Source: Oikopleura dioica (Eukaryota; Animalia; Chordata). Taken from it: a stretch of 64,000 bases of DNA. Positions 36,716 to 47,800 of this stretch are shown here, in pieces. The position numbers and the translations under genes are program-made. Numbering within the stretch: the stretch's first letter is position 1; each line of letters opens with the position of its first letter. The notes below the pieces were generated by a model, which saw nothing but the letters and a program-made list of their open reading frames with translations, did no database searches and was not told where the DNA came from. The DNA lies in assembly GCA_907165135.1 (NCBI GenBank), contig OU015566.1:9300001-9364000 (forward strand), in the 5' to 3' direction.

Positions 36716-38421
36716 TTAAAAGCGCATAGATAGCGCAGTGGCAGTTTGGGTTCGAGATCCACCAGTTCGCTTTGCCTATTTAGTAAATTTAGGTAAAAGA
36801 GGGAAAATTAAGAAAAATGTTACCTTTGTTTCTGTTTCTTCGGAGAAAAACGCCTTCCACAGCCGAAGAGTTTCATCTTCGCCAAGTGTGCAGACGTACT
36901 TTCCGCAGGGTGACTGACTCGAACAGAGAATTCGACCATCGTGTCCATCGAAATCCGTCATGTGCGTAAATTTTGGGTACTTCCAGAGGCGAAGGACATT
37001 ATTCGGATATCCGTGACAAGTGATGATCTCTCGCAGCCGCTCATTCCAGTGGATTCCGCTCACCTGGCACTCAGTATCGACATCGAGCACTTTCTGGCCG
37101 GTGTTGCCGTTCCAGATTATCATTTTCTTGCAAGCAGCGCCTTTTTATGATCAGAATTACGCCAATATCATGCTTAACTCACCTCCTCCGGATGCGAGCA
37201 ATTGTGGTTTCCATGGACACCACTGAACAGCTTTGACTCCAGCTTGGTGCTCCTCAAGTTTATGCATCGGTTCGTTGAATGAGCTGCCGATGTCGTTGCT
37301 CCACAATCCTATGACATTGTCGATGCCACCAGACGCGAGAAGACGTCCATCAGGAGACCAGCTCAATCCGGAAACTTCTTCAGTGTGGACCTAGAAAATC
37401 AACAATTTAAGGAGAAGACAACAAAGACTCACATTGAATTTGGATAAAAATGGATTGGGCTTTCGCACATCGTAATTATGAATCTCTCCTGATTTGGATC
37501 CGCAAGTAAGGAGCCAGGGAACATCGCCCTGTCCAACAGCGATGGACGATACTCGAGCAGCGTGGCCTCTCATTTTTCGAAGACTCTGCATCTCTGTCGC
37601 ATCCCAAACATGAGTTCTGTTGCGACTATCTCCAAACGAAATGTTGCACTCGTCGATCCACTTGATAGACGTCACCTTTGTGTTCTCTTCTAGTGAACAC
37701 AACTCACTAGAATTTCACGGTTCTGTTTAATCGAAAAATGAAGGACTTACTTGATCTCGCTCGTTTCCGCGTTCCACATAAAGATCTGATTCGCCAGAGC
37801 AACCGCAATGATATTATTCTCTCCCCAATCGAGTATGTTGATGTTGAAATCCTTCTCGACATTTGGGGCATCGAGGATCTTGTCGACGGAAGTCTCGACG
37901 TATCGTATCGATGTTTTTGCTTTGGTGCTCTTTTGCGCAGAAAAGACGAGTTTGCTTCCGTAAGCGGAGCCGGGCATCATTTTCGGCTTGTTTCCGTACG
38001 AGAGAATTCCTCGCTAATAAATGATCAGATTTGACTTTTCAAACAGCGTTACCTGAGTGTTGTTGGCCGCAACACTTCCAATAGTGGCCAACAAGTCCTT
38101 CTCCTCCTTGTCAATCGGCGTCTGATTGCTCAAAGTCATCTCGCTCATGAGAGCCGAGTAGTCCGCATCTGCCCCCAACTTCGGCATAAATCTATCGCCG
38201 CCGGTGCCACGTGAAGGTGACTTTGAAGCGCTTCTGCTGCGATTCTTCTCAGATGATTTCTTCGAGTGGTTGAGGCCTCCCTTCGATGTATTCAGGGTCG
38301 AGTTATTCATCGAGTTGTTTTGCATGGCCTTGTTCTTTGCATCGCGCCGAGCGATTCGACTGTCTTTGTTGATTTGGCCATCAAGTCGCAGCTTATTTTC
38401 CATGTCGTGATACAGAGACAT
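36716..38421 (-). CDS. CDC20: CDC20/fizzy APC/C co-activator (WD40), divergent
   Basis: N-terminal MSLYHDMENKLRLDG, C-box-like DRFMP, RGILSY, KILDAP, WD40 repeats (GHAARV, LASGG.DN, VKAVQWCPW, LLASGGG, CHGY..N...W, GHDGRIL, DETLRLW). Inferred C-terminus ...ALSMRF*. Confidence 0.92.
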
Positions 38422-38747
38422 TCTGAAGCCAATTAACTGAGTGCGGTGGACCTACGCCTCTTGTTATTCTAGCTTCTTTCTAGAGATCACGCTAAAAACT
38501 CTAGCTGTCGCTTTCTCTCTCGTCCGCTTCAAAGTGAAAGATCGTTACTTTTTGAACAGTTTTTGAACGGCGTGACAAGATGCTATCTTGAAAATAGGCG
38601 TAACGATGCTTAGACCGAACCAGTATGACAAACATACCTTGCTACGGTATTTTCTTGTTTTTGACTATTGAAAAGATATATTATCCGTTTTGAACTTGGT
38701 GGCAGGTAGCAAAATTTAAGAAAGTACAAGAGTATTGATTTAAACTA

Positions 38748-41723
38748 TCAGAAAAATTTATCGAAAAGATGGCCTGTTCTGTCGATGTTCTCCAACATTA
38801 TATTCCGCGCGTCTGTCAGGAAAATATCTGTATTAACTCCTTAACAGCATTTTTATAGGTTTGATAAGAAATAATAGACCTTGAAATTTGCTTTCGAGTA
38901 ATTCAGCAGTCGGCGGGTGGCAGTGAAGATATCCCCAAATTGAGTTCAACAACAGAAAAACGTGATACGGAGCGCAGAACTCGTAGATAAGTGATGTTTG
39001 CGCGATGATTTCCGGAATGATTCCGGACTTGGAAAGAAGGGTGACAAGACTGATTGACTCTCGCAACTCTTTCTGGCAAGAGACAGCGTCGGTGAAGCGA
39101 CAGGCTTCCCAAAAAGCAAGAAGTTGGTTCATTTTTGCGCGAAATATGAAAGTCATCCTTATTTCGTGCTGAAAATTTTTTCCGAAAAGAATAAAAAAAC
39201 AAGTTTTACGGCACTCTCCTATTAAAAATTCTCCAATCGTCGGCCAAAACAGAGATAAGCGGGAAAGTTAACTTTGGAATACTTTTCAGCAAGACCAGAT
39301 CTTTCTCCAAATTAGTTCTTTGCACGCCTCTGCCAACAGGAACAGGCCAAAAAGACTCAATATCTGGATGCTCTTCGCAAAAAACTTCCGTAAACAACGA
39401 TACAGCGGTGTTAGTCAGCAAAAGTTTCGCTTCTTCTTTTTCAACAGTGTTCAGAACTTCTTTTATGAATTGGAGAACAACGGAGTTCAACTGAGAGTCT
39501 TCTTCGATTTCCTCTGGAGGGATGACCCGGCGCTTTTTTGCACCTTTGCCGATTATTCCGACACCCATTATATTCGGCGCTTTTTGAGATATTTTTTGAG
39601 CTTGTTCCAAAAGCTTAAATTGCCTAAAAATCAAGCTATTTTTGATGAAACTTACCGAAACTTTCTTTTTCTCAGGAACTTCGAATTCAACTTGTTTTCT
39701 TTTGTGGCTCTTTCTCACTGAGTCGAACATGAATCTCAATATTGTCGAAAAACTTGCTGCATCTTCAGAAGCCGCTTTGATCCAAAAGCTCCACATTTTT
39801 GGAAAAACTTCATCATATTCTGCAGTCAAGAAAATAGGGAAATCTAACGTCATTGCTTCTAGTGCCAAATTCAGACTCGTTGGTGCTTCTTTTAGCTAAA
39901 AAATGATCTCAAGATATCGGCGAACAAAGAAATTGTTTTACCTTGAGTTTTCTGATAATTTCTACTGCAATAATCATCGATTCTGGATCGCGAAGTTTAA
40001 ACGCGTCGAGAATATTTGCGATTTTATGGGTCAAATGATCGATTGTTCGTTCTTGAATGATCTTTTTCACTACAAGTAACGAGCTGGATAAAGTCTTCTT
40101 TACATTGAACCTACCATTTGTTGCAGATGGATCTGATGGCTCATTTGTTTCGTTTAGTTCTGTCAAGATTAGCAAATTTTTAGCAAGGCCTTGTGGTCAC
40201 TAGAAGGAAACGAACATTAGCCATAAAATTTTTGATGAAAGAACTTACTGAGGAGCTTCAAAGGCGTCGGAGATGGCTTTGCTCAAGCAGTCTTTTTCTT
40301 GATTTAGGAAGGTCTCCTTGACCAGCTTTACCAGCGCAGTTTGAGCCTGAAGATCTTTGACGCTTTTGAGCAGCTTTGAAAGACAGAAAATTCTATTCGA
40401 TTCATCTGTCGAGATCATCGTCATCCTCAGAAGTCTGTAAGCTGGATCGACACTGGTCATCGTCGAGGGAATCGTGATTTTGTTTAGCATTTGATTCGTT
40501 TCATTCCTCGTCTCATTCTTTGTCGACAAACTTTGATCCTCCAACTTGTCAAGGATATTCGATAGAATATCGCGGAGGACGAAGCGTATTTCTGTTTCCG
40601 TTTCTTCGAATTCTCCGTCTCCATTGACGATCGAAACGAATATGTGCATCAAGTCAAATGAATGCGACTCAGAGGAGATGTTTGAGACATTAGCTTTGAA
40701 AAAGGTCGAGAAAATTTCGAAAAAATGATAATTCAGCAATTGGATTTTTGTGGATTTGTCGACCCTAACCTTTGATATCATCAATTTTCATGTCTGGGTG
40801 TTTCTCCACTTTCTGCTTGTGCATTTCCTGGAGAAGCCCTGGCGTGATATATTTGGCCGCTTGTTTGGTGATTCTACGAACGAGCTCTACTTTTTCCTTT
40901 TTGATGCTGCTCTTCAAAATGTGGATCAAATAGACGGTCCACATGAAAACATGTTCGTTGTGCGGCGTGAGCGGCTTCAAAAGACAATCAGTAACTATGT
41001 CCGGTTTTATCTCACTGAGGTACTCGAGAATCACTGTAAGAGCGTGAAGTTGCGCTTCGTTCTCGTCGCTAGCTCGGCGGAAGGTTTCGAAGGCGTTCTT
41101 GAGAAGCATGGATAGAATGAACTCGGGCTTGGAAATGGCGATCGAAGCGAGAATCCAGTCCAGAACGGGTTTTATGTCATGTGCTTGCTTGATTATGTAG
41201 TCGATCAGTGAGCTGTCTCCTCGATCGATGGAGTAGTGAATCCCGGTGACGATCATACACGAAAGCGAGCTAAACACAGCAACGTCGCTTTGCCCAAATC
41301 TTCTTGTAGTTTGAATATTGTTAATCGGAAACTTGTCGACCTTCACCAATTCAATTCCGATGCTCTTTACTGTCATAATCGCCCAGTAAGTCAGCTCCGG
41401 TACCCAAGCCTCGGCAGTTTCTTTCTCAAGCATGAGCTTTTGCAACTCGCCCAGGGCCATTTTGAGGTCTCGTTCGCCATTTGCGTCTGGTCGTAGATTC
41501 CGTATTTCTGGAAGAGTTAAATGCATGACTGTTGGGTTGCGGAAAATGTTTCGTTTTGCAGCAGCAGCAATGTTGTCCAAAATATCTTCACGAGCGACGG
41601 GACATGTTCGAAGTAGGGGAGGCAGTCCTGGATCATGTCTTCCTGATTACCTTTGCGGATTAAATTTGAAAGACTATCAACGATCGTCGACGATGGTCCG
41701 TTCATCGTCCGATTTCGTTCCAT
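38748..41723 (-). CDS. INTS5: Integrator complex subunit 5, with one 1-nt frameshift at 41599-41601
   Basis: AEAWVPELTYWAI, DWILASIAISKPEFILS, LLLNSIWGYL..H.P and C-terminal LENIDRTGHLFDKF resemble INTS5 N- and C-terminal blocks. Confidence 0.8.
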
Positions 41724-41865
41724 TCTAAATGAGTGAATGAGTTCATTTAAAAATATTACAAATTATAAGTTCAATAATCAATTTCTCGGGGCTGTCTCTA
41801 AAATGGTATAATTATAACTGTATGATTCAGTAAACGAAAACAGTACTGTAGGTATTAAATTTATC

Positions 41866-44800
41866 ATGAAACACGGTCAATCGGTTCTGAAGATGGAGAA
41901 AGTCCTCTTCGAGATTTCTGGAGCGGACCAATCAGAGCGCCCCGTACTCTGCGAAGAAGAAAACCATAAAATGCCCACCTGGAGACGAAAATTGTTTATC
42001 TTGACTGTTGAGCGGGTCAACTTGAGCCTCGACCTAATTCACACGTGATCGCTCATTCTGATAACATCCGCATGCGACTTGCCCTAAAATAACAGAAATT
42101 ACTTTTTTACTCAGACACACAGTAGCTGAAAGAGACAAATAACCCGCTGAATGGAGAAAATATTCTTTTGACTTTCTCAACTTCGACCATGGCAAAGTTG
42201 AGTAACCAGCAGAGATTACTACTAGAAAGGTTCCACCCAAAGTTTGACATCAAGGGCCATCTCTCCCGTGATCAATTCCAGGGGATCATCTCCAAATATC
42301 TTTTCTCCAGCCGAGGAACCCGCAAAACCCCGCGTAGAAATGTGCAAAGTCTCCGATCTGCATTTCGTGATTACGATTTTCGACCAGAGGAATCGTCAAA
42401 ATTGAAGAGCGAGGAAATTCAGCAGCCAAAGAAGCAGCATTCGTTTTCAGAGATATTTCAGGTCGAGAAATGGATCTCACCGGAAAAAGGGCGATTAGAA
42501 TGGAAGAGCACTAGAATGATCCAAAATTGGAATGCGAAAAGGATCGACAATTTCGAATGCCTCTTGAGAAGACACAAAAGCGCTGAAAAATTTATCAAAA
42601 GCAGGGAAGAGCGAATTAGTAAGCACAAGAATAATATATCGAAAATTGAAGAACGTTTCGCCTTGGAACCAGGTGAAATCATGGAAGTGGAGGAGAAACA
42701 AACGAAAAGAAAGCTCATAGTTAGGGCCCAGCCGCAAAAAATGGCCAACTCGAAATCGCTGTTTTTTTCAAAATCTGTCATGATAGGATGATAGAGCAGC
42801 TCAAGCTGAACAACTTTCATATTGAAGACTTTTTGAAAAACCTTTGTTGTGTGACCGGAAATGACCTGCAAAAGTCCGAAAATCGCACCAAAATCGGTTT
42901 TTTGGCCTGCGCAAGGTGTGCGCATCGGAAAAGTGTCTTTTTTCTTCTTAATGAATAGCTCAGGCTCTGAGCTATCTGTAGGTACCAAAAAAGTGGTCTT
43001 GGTACCCATTTTTTCTGAGTAAAGACTGTCGGAAAGTACCGGAAACCAGCGAAAAATGGCAAAAATGCCGGAAATTAAGGATAGGCTTCTAACTACTACA
43101 TCCTTTTCGTCCTCGACGTTTAAAAACACTTAAGGTCAACTTCGGCCACTTTGTGCCGGAGGACCTCCCGGAGGACCCCTCTGCTGGAAGACAAGCTGCT
43201 GGAAGACCAGTATTTAAAAATAAAGACACAAACAAAATATAAAGCCTGGATTGGATGGTGATTGCCGTATTCGGCCACTTGATGCTGGAGGACCTCCTGG
43301 AGGACCCCTCTGCTGGAAGACAAAGTGCTGGAAGACCATTATTAAAGAAGAAAGATACAAATAAAATATAAAGCCTGGAATGGCTCGTTATTGCCCTAAT
43401 CGGCCACTTGATGCCGGAGGACCTCCCGGAGGACCCCTCTGCTGGAAGACAAGGTGCTGGAAGACCAGTATAAAAATAAATGAAAAGCCTTGTCTGGCCA
43501 CATATTGCCACATTTGGCCAAACATCTCGAAAGACCTTAAACTTGAAGACAAACTGCTGTAAGACTAATTAAAAAACAAGTTGCTTTTCTTTGAACACGT
43601 CTGTTTATTAAATTTGTCAAGAAAAGAGAGGCCCGCTTTTCAATCAGAGTCAGGGCAAAGCCGACCCGAAGGAGAGGCAACGCCCGTTTATTCTTTTCAA
43701 TCAGAGTCAAGGCGAAGCTGACCCGGAGGGGAGGCCACGCCCGCTTATTCTTTTCAATCAGAGTCAGGGCGAAGACGACCCGGAGGGGAGGCCACGCCCG
43801 CTTATTCTTTTCAATCAGAGTCAGGGCGAAGCCGACCCGGAGGGGAGGCCACGCACGTTTATTCTTTTCAATCAGAGTCAGGGCGAAGCCGACCCGGAGG
43901 GGAGGCCACGCCCGCTTATTCTTTTCAATCAGAGTCAGGGCGAAGCCGACCCGAAGGGGAGGCCACGCCCGCTTATTCTTTTCAATCAGAGTAAGGCGAA
44001 GCCGATCCGAAAGGAGGCCACGCCCGCTTATTCTTTTCAATCAGAGTAAGGCGAAGCCGACCCGAAGGGGAGGCCACGCCCGTTTATTCTTTTCAATCAG
44101 AGTCAGGGCGAAGCCGACCCGAAGGGGAGGCCACGCCCGCTTATTCTTTTCAATCAGAGTAAGGCGAAGCCGATCCGAAGGGGAGGCCACGCCCGCTTAT
44201 TCTTTTCAATCAGAGTAAGGCGAAGCCGACCCGAAGGGGAGGCCACGCCCGTTTATTCTTTTCAATCAGAGTCAGGGCGAAGCCGACCCGGAGGGGAGGC
44301 CACGCCCGCTTATTCTTTTCAATCAGAGTCAGGGCGAAGCCGACCCGAAGGGGAGGCCACGCCCGCTTATTCTTTTCAATCAGAGTAAGGCGAAGCCGAT
44401 CCGAAGGGGAGGCCACGCCCGCTTATTCTTTTCAATCAGAGTAAGGCGAAGCCGACCCGAAGGGGAGGCCACGCGCGTTTATTCTTTTCAATCAGAGTCA
44501 GGGCGAAGCCGACCCGGAGGGGAGGCCACGCATGCTTATTCTTTTCAATCAGAGTCAGGGCGAAGCCGACCCGAAGGGGAGGCCACGCCCGCTTATTCTT
44601 TTCAATCAGAGTAAGGCGAAGCCGACCCGAAGGGGAGGCCACGCCCGTTTATTCTTTTCAATCAGAGTCAGGGCGGAGCCGACCCGGAGGGGAGGCCACG
44701 CCCGTTTATTCTTTTCAATCAGAGTCAGGGCGGAGCCGACCCGGAGGGGAGGCAACGCCCGCTTATTCTTTTCAATCAGAGTCAGGGCGAAGCCGACCCG

Positions 44801-47800
44801 GAGGGGAGGCCAACCCCGCGTATTCTTTTCAATCAGAGTCAGGGCGAAGCCGACCCGAAGGGGAGGCCACGCCCGTTTATTCTTTTCAATCAGAGTCAGG
44901 GCGGAGCCGACCCGAAGGGGAGGCCACGCCCGCTTATTCTTTTCAATCAGAGTCAGGGCGAAGCCGACCCCAAGGAGAGGCCGAGCCCGTTTATTCTTTT
45001 CAATCAGAGTCAGGGCGAAGCCGACCCGGAGGGGAGGCCACGTCCGTTTATTCTTTTCAATCAGAGTCAGGGCGAAGCCGACCCGAAGGGGAGGCCACGC
45101 CCGTTTATTCTTTTCAATCAGAGTCAGGGCGGAGCCGACCCGGAGGGGAGGCAACGCCCGCTTATTCTTTTCAATCAGAGTCAGGGCGAAGCCGACCCGG
45201 AGGGGAGGCCAACCCCGCTTATTCTTTTCAATCAGAGTCAGGGCGAAGCCGACCCAAAGGGGAGGCCACGCCCGTTTATTCTTTTCAATCAGAGTCAGGG
45301 CGGAGCCGACCCGAAGGGGAGGCCACGCCCGCTTATTCTTTTCAATCAGAGTCAGGGCGAAGCCGACCCGAAGGGGAGGCCACGCCCGTTTATTCTTTTC
45401 AATCAGAGTCAGGGCGAAGCCGACCCGGAGGGGAGGCCACGCCCGTTTATTCTTTTCAATCAGAGTCAGGGCGAAGCCGACCCGAAGGGAGGCCACGCAC
45501 GTTTATTCTTTTCAATCAGAGTCAGGGCGAAGCCGACCCGAAGGGAGGCCACGCCCGCTTATTCTTTTCAATCAGAGTCAGGGGAAGCCGACCCGAAGGG
45601 GAGGCCACGCCCGCTTATTCTTTTCAATCAGAGTCAGGGCGAAGCCGACCCGGAGGGGAGGCCACGCACGTTTATTCTTTTCAATCAGAGTCAGGGCGAA
45701 GCCGACCCGGAGGGGAGGCCACGCACGTTTATTCTTTTCAATCAGAGTCAGGGCGAAGCCGACCCGAAGGGAGGCCACGCCCGCTTATTCTTTTCAATCA
45801 GAGTCAGGGAAGCCGACCCGAAGGGAGGCCACGCCCCTTATTCTTTTCAATCAGAGTCAGGGCGAAGCCGACCCGGAGGAGGCCACGCACGTTATTCTTT
45901 TCAATCAGAGTCAGGGCGAAGCCGACCCGAAGGAGGCCACGCCCGCTTATTCCTTTCAATCAGAGTCAGGGCGAAGCCGACCCGAAGGGAGGCCACGCCC
46001 GCTTATTCTTTTCAATCAGAGTCAGGGCGAAGCCGACCCGGAGGGGAGGCCACGCACGTTTATTCTTTTCAATCAGAGTCAGGGCGAAGCCGACCCGAAG
46101 GGAGGCCACGCCCGCTTATTCTTTTCAATCAGAGTCAGGGCACAGCAGACCGAGATGTTTAATCTGACACACACCCGGGGGTGATTTTAGACTTGTTGGA
46201 AGCGATATTGGCGCTCGAGACGAAAATAAAAAAACCGCCTGGTTTCAGACGCTTCCGTGAAATATGGCCGTCCTAGACCGAGCGTTTAATCTGTACAAGA
46301 TCCTGAATATATCGAGTTTTTCCGAACCCATCAGTCTCACGAATCATCCGGGAGGCTTTTTCGTAAATTCCCAAAAGATCGGAATTCAACGATAAGAAAG
46401 CGAACAAGTCAAGGCCTGTTAAACCTTTTCGGCCTGTTTGTGATTGAAAAGAATAAGCAAGCGTGGCCTCAACTTTGTGTCGGCTTCGCCCTGACTCTGA
46501 TTGAAAAGAATAAACGCGCGTGGCCTCTCCTCCGGGTCGGCTTCACCCTGATTCTGATTGAAAGAATAAACGGGCGTGGCCTCCCTCCGGGTCGGCATCG
46601 CCCTGACTCTGATTGAAAAGAATAAGCGGGCGTGGCCTCCTCCGGGTCGGCTTCCCCTGACTCTGATTGAAAAGAATAAGCGGGCGTGGCCTCCTTCGGG
46701 TCGGCTTCGCCCTGACTCTGATTGAAAAGAATAAACGTGCGTGGCCTCCTCCGGGTCGGCTTCGCCCTGACTCTGATTGAAAAGAATAAGCGGGCGTGGC
46801 CTCCCTTCGGGTCGGCTTCGCCCTGACTCTGATTGAAAGGAATAAGCGGGCGTGGCCTCCCCTTCGGGTCGGCTTCGCCCTGACTCTGATTGAAAAGAAT
46901 AACGGGCGTTGCCTCCTCCGGGTCGGCTCCGCCCTGACTCTGATTGAAAAGAATAAACGGGCGTGGCCTCCTCCGGGTCGGCTCCGCCCTGACTCTGATT
47001 GAAAAGAATAAACGGGCGTGGCCTCCCTTCGGGTCGGCTTCTCCTTACTCTGATTAAAAGAATAAGCGGGCGTGGCCTCCCCTTCGGGTCGGCTTCGCCC
47101 TGACTCTGATTGAAAAGAATAAGCGGGCGTGGCCTCCCTCCGGGTCGGCTTCGCCCTGACTCTGATTGAAAAGAATAAACGGGCGTGGCCTCCTACGGGT
47201 CGGCTTCGCCTTACTCTGATTGAAAAGAATAAGCGGGCGTGGCCTCCCCTTCGGATCGGCTTCGCCTTACTCTGATTGAAAAGAATAAGCGGGCGTGGCC
47301 TCCCCTCCGGGTCGTCTTCGCCCTGACTCTGATTGAAAAGAATAAGCGGGCGTGGCCTCCCCTCCGGGTCAGCTTCGCCTTGACTCTGATTGAAAAGAAT
47401 AAACGGGCGTTGCCTCCCCTTCGGGTCGGCTTTGCCCTGACTCTGATTGAAAAGCGGGCCTCTCTTTTCTTGACAAATTTAATAAACAGACGTGTTCAAA
47501 GAAAAGCAACTTGTTTTTTAATTAGTCTTACAGCAGTTTGTCTTCAAGTTTAAGGTCTTTCGAGATGTCTGATCGAGTTTGGCCAAATGTGGCAATATGT
47601 GGCCAGACAAGGCTTTTCATTTATTTTTTTATACTGGTCTTCCAGCACCTTGTCTTCCAGCAGAGGGGTCCTCCGGGAGGTCCTCCGGCATCAATTGGCC
47701 GATTAGGGCAATAACGAGCCATTCCAGGCTTTATATTTTATTTGTATCTTTCTTCTTTAATAATGGTCTTCCAGCACCTTGTCTTCCAGCAGAGGGGTCC

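Larger units (their letters stand above)
28562..38421 (-). other. Probable polycistronic (SL trans-spliced) operon
   Basis: Same-strand genes with stop-to-ATG gaps of ~113, 46, 94 and 119 bp. An AG acceptor lies immediately upstream of most ATGs (ttcag|aATG, tcag|acaATG, ttag|aATG). Confidence 0.6.

Noticed and set aside
37970-38000. Apparent frameshift in CDC20 at RGILSYGNKPK-MMPG
   Set aside because: Re-reading shows four A's (ccg aaa atg), so the frame is continuous.
42458-43129. 223-aa minus-strand ORF as a transposase fragment
   Set aside because: It is TIR sequence fused to the antisense of the host exon, with no hAT/DDE motifs.
43631-47460. CRISPR array
   Set aside because: Units are directly tandem with no unique spacers, there are no cas genes and the context is eukaryotic.
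43537-47553. Long ORFs (550 aa, 296 aa etc.) as repeat proteins
   Set aside because: They are stop-free by-products of a 57-bp (multiple of 3) satellite, open on both strands, inside a non-autonomous element.
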